Shown: piece after piece, positions 25,567 to 37,727 of the stretch
How the letters are laid out: each line of letters starts with the position of its first letter
How positions within the stretch are numbered: the stretch's first letter is position 1
Assembly (NCBI GenBank): GCA_030704615.1
Contig: CM060731.1
Span: 5,022,001 to 5,086,000, forward strand
DNA: 64,000 nt
Source: Takakia lepidozioides
Lineage: Eukaryota; Plantae; Bryophyta
Reading direction: 5' to 3'
Position numbers and translations under genes: made by a program
The notes under the pieces: generated by a model
Told to the model about the DNA's origin: nothing
Seen by the model: only the letters and a program-made list of their open reading frames with translations
Databases searched by the model: none

Positions 25567-27974
25567 ATGGATGAGATGGATAGCAGATGGATGAATACTC
25601 TTTGTTGTCTTCCTCCGTTCATGGTGGAGGTTCATAAGAACACTGTTGATCCAACCGTACCACTTTGCATGACTCAAATTATGTCTTAGATGTACCCAAG
25701 CAAACTCACATGTACGATATTTATCAAGAAGATATCAATGAAGGGAAGGCTAGAATTATTATATTATATTGCTAAGGTTGCACAAAAAAACGCAATCAAT
25801 TCCTTTGAATTTTCAACACCTTTGGATTCTAGGATCAAGTTTATTGGAAGCCATACATTGTTTAGTAAATGGAGAATTTTCTATAACATCTTGCTGACTG
25901 ACTACACATAACATCAACTCGTGTGCATGTGCTGTCGGGCACCTATTCAACTATGAAAGAGGTCTTTTGCTATTTTGCGTGAATTTCCAGTAACAAAAAT
26001 ACTTGAAATTCCATATCTTCCACACCGTAGGTCCAAAAATTATGAAACCACTTCGATGCACCTCTTGGTATATATATTTATACCTTCATACCAGTTTAAA
26101 TATCCTAGATAATATTTATTGAAATGAGATAAAATGACATTTTCAAACTAAATAAAATAAATATTTAGTCTTTCTTGTTCACTGTGTGATCCTACAAAAT
26201 ATGGTTATGAATTTCGATTTCGATTTTAATTATCAAAGTCAGAATGATGATATGGGATGTGTAAAAATTAAATACGATGACTTCATAAATATTCTTCCTT
26301 GGTAGTGCTATTGGTGAATCTGTGGTGGTGTGTTTAAGATATTGTACATAGCCCTCCAGGTTGTACACATAGTGTCTTGTTCTCTTCGGCATCCTCTTTG
26401 GCTTGCAATGGCCTGTGACATGCCTGACCATGCATCTTTATACGTTGATGGAAATTCAATTCCATTCATATTAGGTATGGATGAGGGTGAGTTTGTCACT
26501 GTCGGGGCATAAGATGTTGCACTTCGATTCAATCTGGAAGTGGATTCTTTGTTCATAGAAAGAAAAATCTTCAAGTCCGCTGGGGTGCTTTCTGGGACAT
26601 TGTACCAGAAATCTTATCTTTCAGAACTATGACAGGAGTGGAAGACTCTTCTGATATTTGATTCATTGTTTTTTATGACCAATTTTACGTGAGTGTCAAC
26701 CAAATACATTCATTGATCTCGATGTGTTCCATTTGTACATCTGTTCCAGCCTTTTGGTATAGTTTGAAGTACATTGTTTGTCATTTTTTGGCTTCCTCAG
26801 ATATAGGGTCGTGATGCAATAATATGTGGAAATACGTCCCATTTCTTAATGTTTTGACAACCATCCATGCTCATAATCATATATAATTTATATTATGGGC
26901 TCACGATTTCTAGCTCACTGCTCACCGCTCACGGTTTAGCATCCCTACATTTCCGCAACCTTCAATATAAATTCACAAATGTAATTGCAATTTATAAACC
27001 TCCCAAAATGTTGTTATACACCTTTTAATTACATTTGGAGAATATGTACAATGAAACACCGCACTGTTGCCCAAATATATTTATTGGGGATTTCAATGTG
27101 ATATATTACAAAAGACTTCTTAATCTATCATGCTTCAAAATTACATGGAAACTTGTAAATTTCAATTAACGTGCAAGGAGAGTAGTATAGACTATGGCTC
27201 TCAACTTGACCATACATGGATAAATACGCTACCCTAGCCATGCAAATCCGATACGACCGAAGCATATTGGACCGATCACAAGCTAGTTTATCTTGCTTTC
27301 AATCTTCCCACCCATGTTAGTCGTTTTATTCATCCAACAAAAAATTAATCTGCTCCAACATTATAGCTATCGCTTTTTGACCATTAAAACAATTATGCAC
27401 ATTATTTTACCAAGAATAAAAGATATCATTTTATCCTTCCTCCAACTCTTTTCACAAAATATTTCTCCCGGACCCGTATATTACAATTGGCATAGAGTTA
27501 TAGAAAAATCATCATTACAAATAACAAATATCTCATCATTCGCGATCTTACAAATTTTATTGTTAAACCAGTCGGCGTGACTGTACGCTCATGCCACATC
27601 AGCTGGTGTGAGCGTATGCTCACGCGCGACGCTCGCGCCGTTGCGTCGTTGCAACAAAAGCTACTAGACCCTAGACACCCTCTTCGTCACACCCCTCGCT
27701 GTCATCGAACCAAACCAACTCCGATGCGTTCACGCCCCCACCCTTTCCCAAATATCTCATACACCTGGACCCCACCTTGACCCTAATGTTACATGTTCAA
27801 AATACCCTCCCCGCCTTGCTTGGACGCCTATTAACAAATACACACGGCATGAAGTTTACTACCTACCCACACCTACCCCTTGCCTTACTACTCTTGGCTT
27901 AGAGTTTTCTCCCTGAAAAAGGGTGTGGGCTGGGAGATTTATGAAAAATACTAAAGTGGGCTTGCCCGGGACAA

Positions 27975-28375
27975 TGATTGGCCCGAGACTTATGGAATTA
28001 TAAACAAATTTGGTCGCTGAAAATTCAATTAAATTATAAAATCAAGTGTTGGAAGGAGACTCGAGGTTGCATGGGCTTAGACATATTGTTTGTAGTGTCG
28101 TTGAGATCTCCCAAACCGCGGGGCCTTTGGCCACGATTGTAGTACTGTTGGAAAGCCCTCGATGATGAGTAGGGGTGCACCGACTCTTTCACAAATTTGG
28201 ACATATAGGCCGAGACTTATGGAATTATAAACAATTTTGGTCGCTGAAAATTCAACTAAATTACAAGGACATCGGAGGTTGCACTTGGGCTTAGACAAAT
28301 GCCACAATTTTGGTACCGTTGGAAAGCCCTCGATGAGTAGGGGTGCGCCGATTTGGTTTCACAAAATTTGGACCT
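27975..28375. repeat. Local tandem duplication of a probable non-autonomous TE segment
   Basis: GAGACTTATGGAATTATAAACAA..TTGGTCGCTGAAAATTCAA occurs near 27985 and 28212. GTTGGAAAGCCCTCGATGA...GTAGGGGTGC occurs near 28147 and 28318. Confidence 0.75.
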
Positions 28376-28560
28376 CCAGGCCAGACAACCAACACCAACT
28401 ATCTGGCTCATACCCACCAACACCATGTATCCCAAACCCAGTCGATAAATTTTCACTATATTCATAACCCCTTAATTGCACTCCAACCTCCATGAAGCCC
28501 CATGCCATGCTATGGCCACCATAGCATGCCTCCATGGCGCCTCCATGCTTCCCATCCGCC

Positions 28561-29984
28561 ATGCATGCATGCCCTATGCTCAATGCCTGCTTCATCCATC
28601 CCATGCCCTCCTCAACCCATGGTTAGTTTAGGTTAATGATGCCTGGTCAAATGCTCTAATCACTTAGTAACCAAAAAAGAGTTTTAGGTTTTGGTATCAC
28701 GATGGCGGCTACCATAGAGACGTGCTTGGAGAGGTGCCAAAGAGAGATTCTTGGAGAGGTGCTACTTGGAGTTGCTAGATCAAACGAGAAGACGTCACAT
28801 CCTCTTTCTTTCAAGGTGAGTGAGAACTATCATTCCTTATTCTTTCCTAACCCTTCATCATGATATGAAAACAAGTGGATGTGATGAAGGTGACAAGTGA
28901 ATCATGTGCTTTGGCTCTCTTTATGTAACTTTGAAGAGAGAGATACTGAATGATGGTATCAGAGCATTGTGGTTGGAAACTTGAGTTTAGGGTTCCCTAA
29001 AGATTAAAGCAATTATGCTTTGATTCCCTAAAATGATCTTCTAAGTTCTAGGCTATCTTCTAAGTTTCTACAATATGAATGAAAGAGACATTCAACTCTC
29101 ATTCTTTTTAGGTTTGAAACTTTCAGTTTGTGTTTTTTCAAACCCTAAAGCACAAACTGAAACAAATAGATTGGTTTTGCTTCACATTCAGTTCATTAAA
29201 TCTGAGTAGTAAATGCAGACTTTCATACTGCATTCAGTTGAAAGTTTTAATCCCTAAAACATTGGATGGTTTTGAACTAAACATTTGGTTTCAGAGCTAA
29301 AACTGAATGCAGTATGAAAGTGTGCATTTACTACTCAGATTTAATGAACTGAATAAGAAGCAAAACCAGTCTATTCGTTTTAGTTTGTGCTTTAGGGTTT
29401 GAAAAACACAAACTGAAAGTTTCAAACTTAAAAAAAATGAAAGGTGGATGTCTCTCTCACTCATATTGTAGAAACTTAGAAGATAACCTAAAACTTAGAA
29501 GATCAATTTCGGGAATCAAAGCATAATTGCCATAATCTTTAGGAAATCCTAAACTAAAGTTTCAAACCACAATGCTATGATGCCATCATTCATTATCTCT
29601 CTCTTCAAATTTACATAAAGAGAGCCAAAGCACATGATTCATTTGTCACCTTCATCATATCCACTTGTTTTCACATCATGATGAAGGGTTAGGAAAAATG
29701 AAAGAAAAAGGAATGATAGTTCTCACTCGTCTTGAAAGAAAGAGGATGTGACACCTTTTCCTTTGATCTAACTTAGCAACTCCAAGCAGCACCTCTCCAA
29801 GCACCTCTTTTTGGCACCTCTCCAAGCACAACTCGATGGCAGCCGCCATCGCGATACCAAAACAAACTCTTTTTTCGTTTCAAAGAGATTAGGGCATTTG
29901 ACCAGGCATGATTAACCTAAACTAACCATGGGTTGAGGAGGGCTTGGGATTGATGAAGCAGGCATGGAGCATAGGGAGGTGCAT
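28561..29984. repeat. Long inverted repeat / foldback (arms about 28561-29239 and 29301-29984, loop about 61 bp)
   Basis: CTCAACCCATGGTTAGTTTAGGTTAAT at 28611 is the reverse complement of the stretch ending near 29937. The arms stay colinear up to CATACTGCATTCAGTT / AACTGAATGCAGTATG at the centre, with scattered mismatches and small indels. Confidence 0.95.
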
Positions 29985-30309
29985 TTAATGCTGGGGCCAC
30001 ATGAGGAGCTGTTAATGTGGACCCCACATTAATGTGTCCCTTGGGCAGGGTTCTATAGAGGAGACCTTGCATGAGTAGATTACAAATAGCCCGAGGCATT
30101 TGGCCCGGTCAACGTGGGTTGTCAAGCAAAATTCTCAGCCGCTGCTGCTTCCGAGGTTCCGATCCTCTCTTTGTCTTTGGAGTGATAAACACCATAGAGC
30201 ACTGGGCTGTATGTGCCGAGGTTGTGGGATCTTTCACATGAACGATGCACGCTCGCACAAACAAGAGAAAAATGAGTAATGCGTTCATGCTTGCTGGTGG
30301 TGAGGAGCA

Positions 30310-33068
30310 ATGGACTTCCAAAGACAAGTCCGCAGTGCTGGGTATGCTCACTTCCAACTCTCTCAATTTGTTGTGACAAATGAAGAATGCGAGAAAGCAA
30401 GAAGCTCGTGAAATGCTGTGATGTGCACTAGGGATTTTGATGTTTTGGATGCTTGCACATTAGAGACTCACGAACTCATTGAATTAGGCTTCATGTGATC
30501 ATGCAGGGCGCTGGGGGCCCAAATCTGGAATCAGACAGACAGGTTTGTTTGGCGCCATATTGGGGGCAAAGGCACCGGTTTCTGCATGTCCACCAGCACC
30601 CCTGTTCTTTATGAAGGGGAGGGACAAAGAAAGGAAATTTGTGGAACTAGTGGGGATGAGAATACAGTATTTGAGGAGGGACGATTAGAGAAGACAAGAA
30701 TGTTGGACATGAACAAGCAACGGGGCTTTCGGGCGTATTCCGACACCTGTGTTCGTCTCTTGCAGGGCTATGCCAAGTTGCAAGCCCTGGTAGATGGCAG
30801 GGGGGTCCATAACCATATCATCAGAAGTGGATTCGAGCTCGACACCTTCCTAGCAAACAATCTTGTTAGCATGTATATGAAGTCTGGAAGCGTACTGGAT
30901 GCACGTAGAGTATTCGAGACAATGCCAAAACGGACCGTGACTACATGGAACGCAATGATAGCAGGATTGGCTGAGAATGGCCATGGTGCAGGAGCATTTG
31001 AACTCTTCCAGATGATGCAACGGGAAGGTGTGAAGCCAAACAGAATAACTTTCATGAGCATTCTCAACACATGTGTGAGTCCAGCAGCTCTGGAACAGGG
31101 AAAGTGGTTTCATGCTGGCATCATCAAAGCTGGATTTGAGTCAGATGTCCGCATGCGCAATGCCCTTGTCAGCATGTACTGCAGGTGTGGGGATGTGGTG
31201 AAGGCACACCTTGTGTTCTTCAAAATTCCCGTGCCAAATGTGATTTCATGGACTGCACTGGTTGGAGGATTTGCTCAGCATGGTTATAGCGAGGAGGCTT
31301 TTGAATTGTTTTGGCAAATGCACCAAAAAGGTGTGAAGCCAAACAAAGTCACTTTTATGAGCATCCTCCAAGCATGTGGGGGCCCAGAGTTTCTGGAGCA
31401 GGGTAGGCGGCTCCATGCTGTTATTATCAAAGATAGATTGGATTCGGATGTCCAAGTGGGGAACTCTCTTATCAGCATGTATAGCAAGTGTGGGAGTGTG
31501 GTAGATGCACACCTGGTGTTCTGTAAAATGCGTGAACGAGATGTGGTCTCATGGACTGCAATCATTGCAGGATTTTCTCAGCATGGTCATGGTGAGGAGG
31601 CTTTTGAACTCTTCTCACAAATGCAGCAAGAAGGCGTGCAACCCAACAAAGTCACCTTCCTTGGCATCCTTAACGCATGTGCCAGCCCAGCAGCTCTGGA
31701 GCGGGGCAAGTGGCTTCATACAGTTATCCTTACTGCTGGATTTGAGTCAGATATCCGTGTGGGGAATGCCCTTGTGAGCATGTATTGCAAGTGCGGGAGT
31801 GTGGTGGATGCCAACCGAGTTTTCTTGAATATGGCGGAGCGAGATGTGGTCTCATGGACCGCGATGATTACAGGATTGGTTCAGCATGGTCATGCTGTTG
31901 TGGCTTTCAAGTTCTTTCGACAAATGCAACAAGAAGGCATGAAGCCAAACAAGGTCACCTTGATAAGCATCCTAAAAGCATGCGCCAGCCTGGGAACCCT
32001 GGCAGAGGGCAAGTGGGTCCATGCCCACATAACCAACACTGAATCTGAGTCAGATGTCGCAGTGGGAAATGCCCTTGTTGACATGTATGCCAAGTGCGGG
32101 AGTGTGGGGGATGCACGGCAAGTTTTTGATAGACTTCTTGAACGAGATGTGGTCTCATGGAATGCAATGATTATTGGATATGCCCAGCATGGGAATTGTA
32201 GGGAGGCCTTGGAAATTTTTGAACAAATGCTATTGGAACAGGTGAACCCAGACAGCATCACATTTACTGGTGTCCTCTCTGCATGCAGCCATACAGGTTT
32301 AGTGGATGAAGGCTATGGTTACTTCCTGTCTATGAGCCGAGATCATGGCATGACACCAAATGAAAAGCACTATGGCTGTATGGTTGACCTTCTGGGCCGT
32401 GCAGGATGCCTGGATGAGGCAGAAGACTTCATCAACAATATGCCATTTGAACCAGGTGCTCCAGTGTGGGAGGTCTTGCTTGGTGCCTGCAGAATCCATT
32501 GCAATGTGGAGCTAGCAGAGCGTACTGCAGAGAGTGTCCTCAAGTCGGAACCACAAAATGCTGGAGTATATGTGCTGCTTTCCAACATCTATGCTGCAGC
32601 TGGCAAGTGGGATGCTGTAGCAAAGGTGAGGAAAGTGATGGAGGACAGAAGTGTGAAAAAGGAGGGAGGGCGTAGCTGGATTGAGGTGAAGAACATGGTG
32701 CATACATTCGTTGCAGAAGATAAATCACACCCCCAAACAAAGGAGATATATGCCGAGCTGGAGAGATTGACAAGGCAGTTGAAGGATGTGGGGTATGTCC
32801 CCGACAAGCGCTTTGTCTTGCATGATGTGGATGAAGGATCAAAGGAACAGGCTTTATGCCACCATAGTGAAAAGTTAGCCATTGCATTTGGGCTCATCAG
32901 CACACCGGGACACCCATCTACATCATGAAAAACCTTAGGGTATGTGGTGATTGCCACTCTGCCACAAAATTTATCTCTAAGATTGTCAAGCGAGAAATTA
33001 TTGCAAGGGATACCACCCGCTATCATCACTTCAATGATGGAGTGTGTTCATGTGGGGATTATTGGTGA
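30310..33068 (+). CDS. PLS-class pentatricopeptide repeat protein with E1-E2-DYW domain (organellar C-to-U RNA editing factor); frameshift inside the DYW domain
   Basis: The 780-aa ORF 30586-32928 has 17 L/S/P repeats, E1, E2, GRSWIEV, GYVPD and [12 protein letters not shown]. The remainder ([52 protein letters not shown]) follows in a shifted frame, with TGA at 33066-33068. A short first exon 30310-30341 spliced to 30507 is inferred ([18 protein letters not shown]...). Confidence 0.92.
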
Positions 33069-35019
33069 TGGTAACCATGATTTTCTATTTTTTTGTCTTC
33101 GTGAAAAGGAAGTCCTTATGACAATCAGCTTCAACCATCTCCCTCCAGTGCCAGGCTTTAGGGGGTGGAATGGACAAAAACATTTTGCAGCCTGCCCTCC
33201 CATGCCCAAATGTGGTCAGGACACCACCAAGACTCTTAGAAATGAACTTTGTCACTGGGAACGGGACCCTTCAGTATCACTTCATGCTGCCAATCCACTT
33301 GACTCTGGCATTTGACCCTACATAAAGTGTCAGTAGAGGCTGGTTACCCTACGGCATTGTGAGGGTTTTTGCTGGCACCAATTTCCTTTTAGAAACTCAA
33401 TTCCATCATAACCTGGCTTATGTGAAATGAAAAGACATGAGGGGAAGCAAAAACGGAATTTCACAATCAAACTGTTACACATGGTGCACTGAAGGACAAG
33501 ACTCGGGCCTGACTTCCACGCGTCCACTTTTAAATTGACTTCCGTCCTTTCTTCCGCCGGCCATTTCCCTGATGTTATCCTTCGTCCACTTGTCACTAAT
33601 CCTATAGACTGTGGAATCCGTCGGGTTTGAGGGATGTTTTTATATTTTTCATCCTTCGTGGATGAAAAATCGGGCAGAAGCCCTATGTTGTCTCTCCCGC
33701 TGTCAGAAGCATGAGCTGTGCTTCTGAGCTCGCGGGAAGAGCGTTATGGCGGATTTGCTTTTGCTGCTACCCTGTTTGTTGTGTCGTACCCGTACAGGGC
33801 GATCTCCTGGGGATGCGCGAAGGCGGCGTCTTGTCTCTCTAGCAGCGGGAAACCCTGTTGTGAATGCAATGTCTTCTTCCCTCCTCTAGCCTTTAAATTT
33901 TGCAGTGGCACTTGTGTTGGGAAGTCTCTCTCCCTCCCATTTGTTGCCTTGCAAGCTTGCTTGTTTTGCTTCATTGTTTATGTGCTTTGTTGGAGGCGGC
34001 TTGCTGCGGGTGGCGATGGCGCATAGCTCTCTTCCCCAATCGCTCAAGGTGGTGCTTTTGGAGTTTAGGGTTCCTTCTGTGCTTATCTTCGTCTTTTGCT
34101 TTTGTTCTTAGTTGACATCGATGACAAGTGTGAGGGTATGTGATTCACCTGGGGTTCCACAATCCTCACTAATCTATTGATTCTGTGGGGGCTTGTGATG
34201 GGACCAGGTGAGGATCCTCACTTGCTTTGAATTTTCATGAGCATACAGATGTGGATATGGGCAGAGGGGCCCTGTAAGTTGTGGCATCATGAAGTGGCTA
34301 CTGCCTGCAGCCCCGAATTCAACCCGGCTGCTTCTGGTTTGGCATGCTACAGCCTTTGTTTGGCTTATGTTGTTCTGCCGCTGGTGGGACTGTTTGGCCT
34401 GTCAGGCCTGTCTCTTGAGGCCTGCATCCAGACCCTACCTTGTCTTTTGATCCTTGACAGCAGGGCCTGTGGATTAATGAGATAGGTTGTGAATTTTTGG
34501 CCTTGGAGGATCTGTGTTTTATGGATATGGCCTTGGCGGGTTTGTGACTCTATGGACATGGCTGCCTTGAATGTTATGGCGGCAGCCTGATAAGGCAACG
34601 ACCTGCTCCTTTTCAGGCCTGGATTTGGTGTTTAATGGATCATAGTGAGGTGTTTTTGCAAACTTTAGCATGGACCTCTTGTAAGACGAAGGTGCTAAGC
34701 TGTAATGGAATCCTACCTGTATTTTTGGCCTTGTCATGACATCAGGCCCAAGTGTGGAAGCCTGCTACTCACCTCGTGCATCCTCACTAACTCACAATGC
34801 GTTGTGGTTGTTTTTGGGACGGGCACAGGTGAAGGCTTCCACTTAATATGCTGATTGCTAAGTGCTGCAGGGTACCATGAGGATTACAGAGGAGTGAAGA
34901 TGGTGGCTGGCTGTGGATTCATCTTGAAATCTGAAAAACTAAACTACTCTATGTTTTTCATGATCCTACCTCTATGTTTGATCTGTGAAGGACAGTATAG
35001 TGCTACTTGTGGTGGGTAA

Positions 35020-36665
35020 TCCTTTCCAGATTGGTGGAGGGCCCCTGTTTTGCAATGATGGCTTGTGCCGTGCCTTGCCTTGCCCCCAACCTGTCAGGTT
35101 AAGCATAAAGGCGCTACAATGTATTGTTTGCGGCAGCCCTTTGGGTACCTTCCCGTGCATTGTTTAAACCCTGCAATGGTGGCTGAGTTATGGTGGTTTG
35201 TGTGGGACACATACATCATGATTTTCTTTGCCTCCAGTCTGTTAGGGTTTACATATAGGTGCTGCAAGTTATAGTTTGCTGCAGCCCTTTGGGTACCTTC
35301 CCGGACAGTGTTTAACCCTGCAATGATGGCTGAGAATATGGTGACTTGTGAGGGACACACACATCAGTTTTTAGGCCCTGGCTTACGTGGCTTCAGCTTG
35401 TTAATAAACCTGGCAATGATGGCAAAGACCATGGTGGTTCGTGTGGGACACACATCAGTTTGTAGCCTTTTTTTGCTTTGTCTCCAGCCTGTGAGGTTTA
35501 ACATACAGGTGCTGAATATGATGGCTTGTGTGGGACACACATCAGTTCTTAGGCTTTGTTTAAACCTTTCAATGATGGCTGAGAAGATGGTGACTTGTGT
35601 GGGACACACATTAATTTTTAGGCCATGGTCTAACTGGCTTTCAGCTTCTTAATAAACATGGCAATGATGGCAAAGATTATGGTGGCTTGTGTGGGACACA
35701 CACATAATACAGAGATGTATTTGCTTGGAGTTATGAGGATTTCAAAGGGATACCACCTGAAGTCTGTCAGCATAAGATTGAACTGGAACCAGGGTCAGTA
35801 CCAATCAAGCAGGCGAGGTACAGAATGAATCCCAACTACGCACAGAAGGTTGGACAAGAGATAAAGAAGTTGGCTGAGGCTAAGTTTATATATCCAATAG
35901 AGTATACAACTTGGTTGTCTCCCATTGTGATAGTTCCCAAGAAGAATGGTAAACTAAGAGTTTGTGTGAACTACAAAAAGCTGAATGCTTGTACGAAGAA
36001 AGATCCTTTCCCTTTGCCATTCACAGAAGCAGTATTAGACACTATGGCAGGCCATGAGATGTACTCATTCATGGATGGGTTCAGTGGTTATAATCAAGTG
36101 CAAGTGGCAGAAGAAGATCAAGGAAAAACAGCTTTCATCACAGACTGGGGTGCTTATGCATACAAAGTCATGCCCTTTGGACTTTGTAATGCACCAGCAA
36201 CCTTTCAGAGAGTGATAAGTGAATCTTTTCATGAGTATCTGGATGATTTCATGCAGGTATTCTTGGATGATTTCAGTGTGTACAGCTCTAAGAATGAGCA
36301 CTTGCATAAATTGGAGTTATGTTTGGCCAGATGTCTACTTGGCTTTCAGCTTGTTAATAAACTTGGCAATAATGACAAAGATTATGATGGTTCGTGTGGG
36401 ACACACACATCAGTTTGTGGGTCTTGTTTTGCTTTGTCTCCAACCCGTTAGGTAAAACATACAGGTGCTGAATATGATGGCTTGTGTGGGACACACACAT
36501 CAGTTTTTAGGCCCTGGTTAACCTTACAATGATGGCAAAGATTATGATGGTTTGTGGGACACACACATCAGCTTTTTGGCCGTGGTTTACTTGGCTTTCA
36601 TCTTGATAATAAACCTGGCAATGACGGTAAAGATTATGGTGGTTTGTGTGGGACACACACATCAA
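35020..36665. repeat. Degenerate tandem array with GTGTGGGACACACACATCAG core, interrupted by an RT fragment
   Basis: The core recurs near 35201, 35351, 35443, 35530, 35600, 35691, 36397, 36487, 36555 and 36648, with shared flanks GCAATGATGGC and CTTGTTAATAAACCTGG. Confidence 0.85.
35706..36334 (+). mobile_element. Ty3/gypsy reverse-transcriptase internal fragment
   Basis: YRDVFAWSYEDFKGIPPEVCQHKIEL...WLSPIVIVPKKNGKLRVCVNYKKLN...DGFSGYNQV...VMPFGLCNAPATFQR...VFLDDF. No LTR, gag or integrase nearby. Confidence 0.93.
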
Positions 36666-36827
36666 TATGGCCAAGTGCCCACCATCCCACCCAGACCTCT
36701 GATTGTATATACTGATTATGACTGGTGTTCAATCAGTATTTTTACTTACTCTTTGAGGAGGCGATGATTTATATAATGACGCAGATGGATATATAAGCAT
36801 TAAAATGCCATGCACCACAGTGTTTGT

Positions 36828-37727
36828 CTACAGTGGTTGAAGAGGACTCCACTTGAACTCCGGCAATGACACCCATGTACAATCTTTTTTCATCCCCAAA
36901 AAGTGTTTCGAAACAGTCTTGCATGCATTGAATGAAGCACTTGCAGGTAGACATATCAAATGAGGAGGCGATGATTTATATAGCGACACAGACGGATAAA
37001 ATGCACCAAGATGCATGTGGAAAGAGAAAGGTCGACGACCCATGAGTCATGGCGGCTACAAGTCTCTATGAGAGTTAATATGAAAGTCAAGCTCATCTCT
37101 CGAGGAGTACCTCTCAACGGAACACCATTGGGCTTCATCAATGTTATGCCCAAGTCGACATAGTTGTCCACCATATCGTCATCCATAGGGTCGCACAATA
37201 CATCAGTATGGACGCCTCTATCCCATATCTAGAAATTACGAACAAAGGTAGGAGTGGACTCCAAGCGGATTTGGTGAGGAAATTGCATCAAAACCACGAG
37301 TTTGTAGAAACATACGCAACAGAAAATTATATGCGAAATTGAAACATGAAATCAAAAGAAAAACAGAACATGATACAATTCGACCTTGTGTATTGTGATT
37401 ACCTTCTGACTTGGAAAATCCCCCTTAGTAAGAGAGAGGTTGTTGACACGGTTCCAAGTCTTGATGATTTGGGGCCCAAAGCCTTAAGATAGAGCTTCCA
37501 AGATCCTTACGAGACTATGAGTCATTTCCATGAATTAGAAGCAACGCACCATCATCAGAAATGAAAAACTTACAAAATCCAAACACTAAATATCGGGAGT
37601 TATAGTAACGAGTATTCCAAATTGGGGTAGCATCCGCAAGGGAGACATCCAGTACATGCTGCCCATCTGGAATATTGAGAATGACGAGCTCAGCTGCAAA
37701 TGCCTTAAATACATCATTTATCCAAGA
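36828..37727 (-). pseudogene. Beta-class N4C/N6A DNA-methyltransferase-like domain; copy 4 (diverged) of the ParB/MTase-like TE gene
   Basis: Manual translation of 37727-37403: SWINDVFKAFAAELVILNIPDGQHVLDVSLADATPIWN...FFISDDGALLLIHGNDS*SRKDLGS/YLKALG/QIIKTWNRVNNLSL. ORF 36956-37198 gives PNGVPLRGTPREMSLTFILTLIETCSRHDSWVVDLSLST. ORF 36828-37043 gives ASFNACKTVSKHFLGMKKD. The motif order IV-VI-VII-X-I-II is that of beta-class amino-MTases. Confidence 0.7.

Noticed and set aside
28954-28965. TGGTATCAGAGC, a perfect tRNA-iMet primer-binding-site motif
   Set aside because: It is not preceded by an LTR-ending CA, no gag follows, and the opposite arm of the foldback has mismatches at this site. At most a relic.
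30768-33029. Antisense and alternate-frame ORFs over the PPR gene, the transposase and the RT fragments
   Set aside because: They are shadow ORFs of real coding sequence with no independent motifs.
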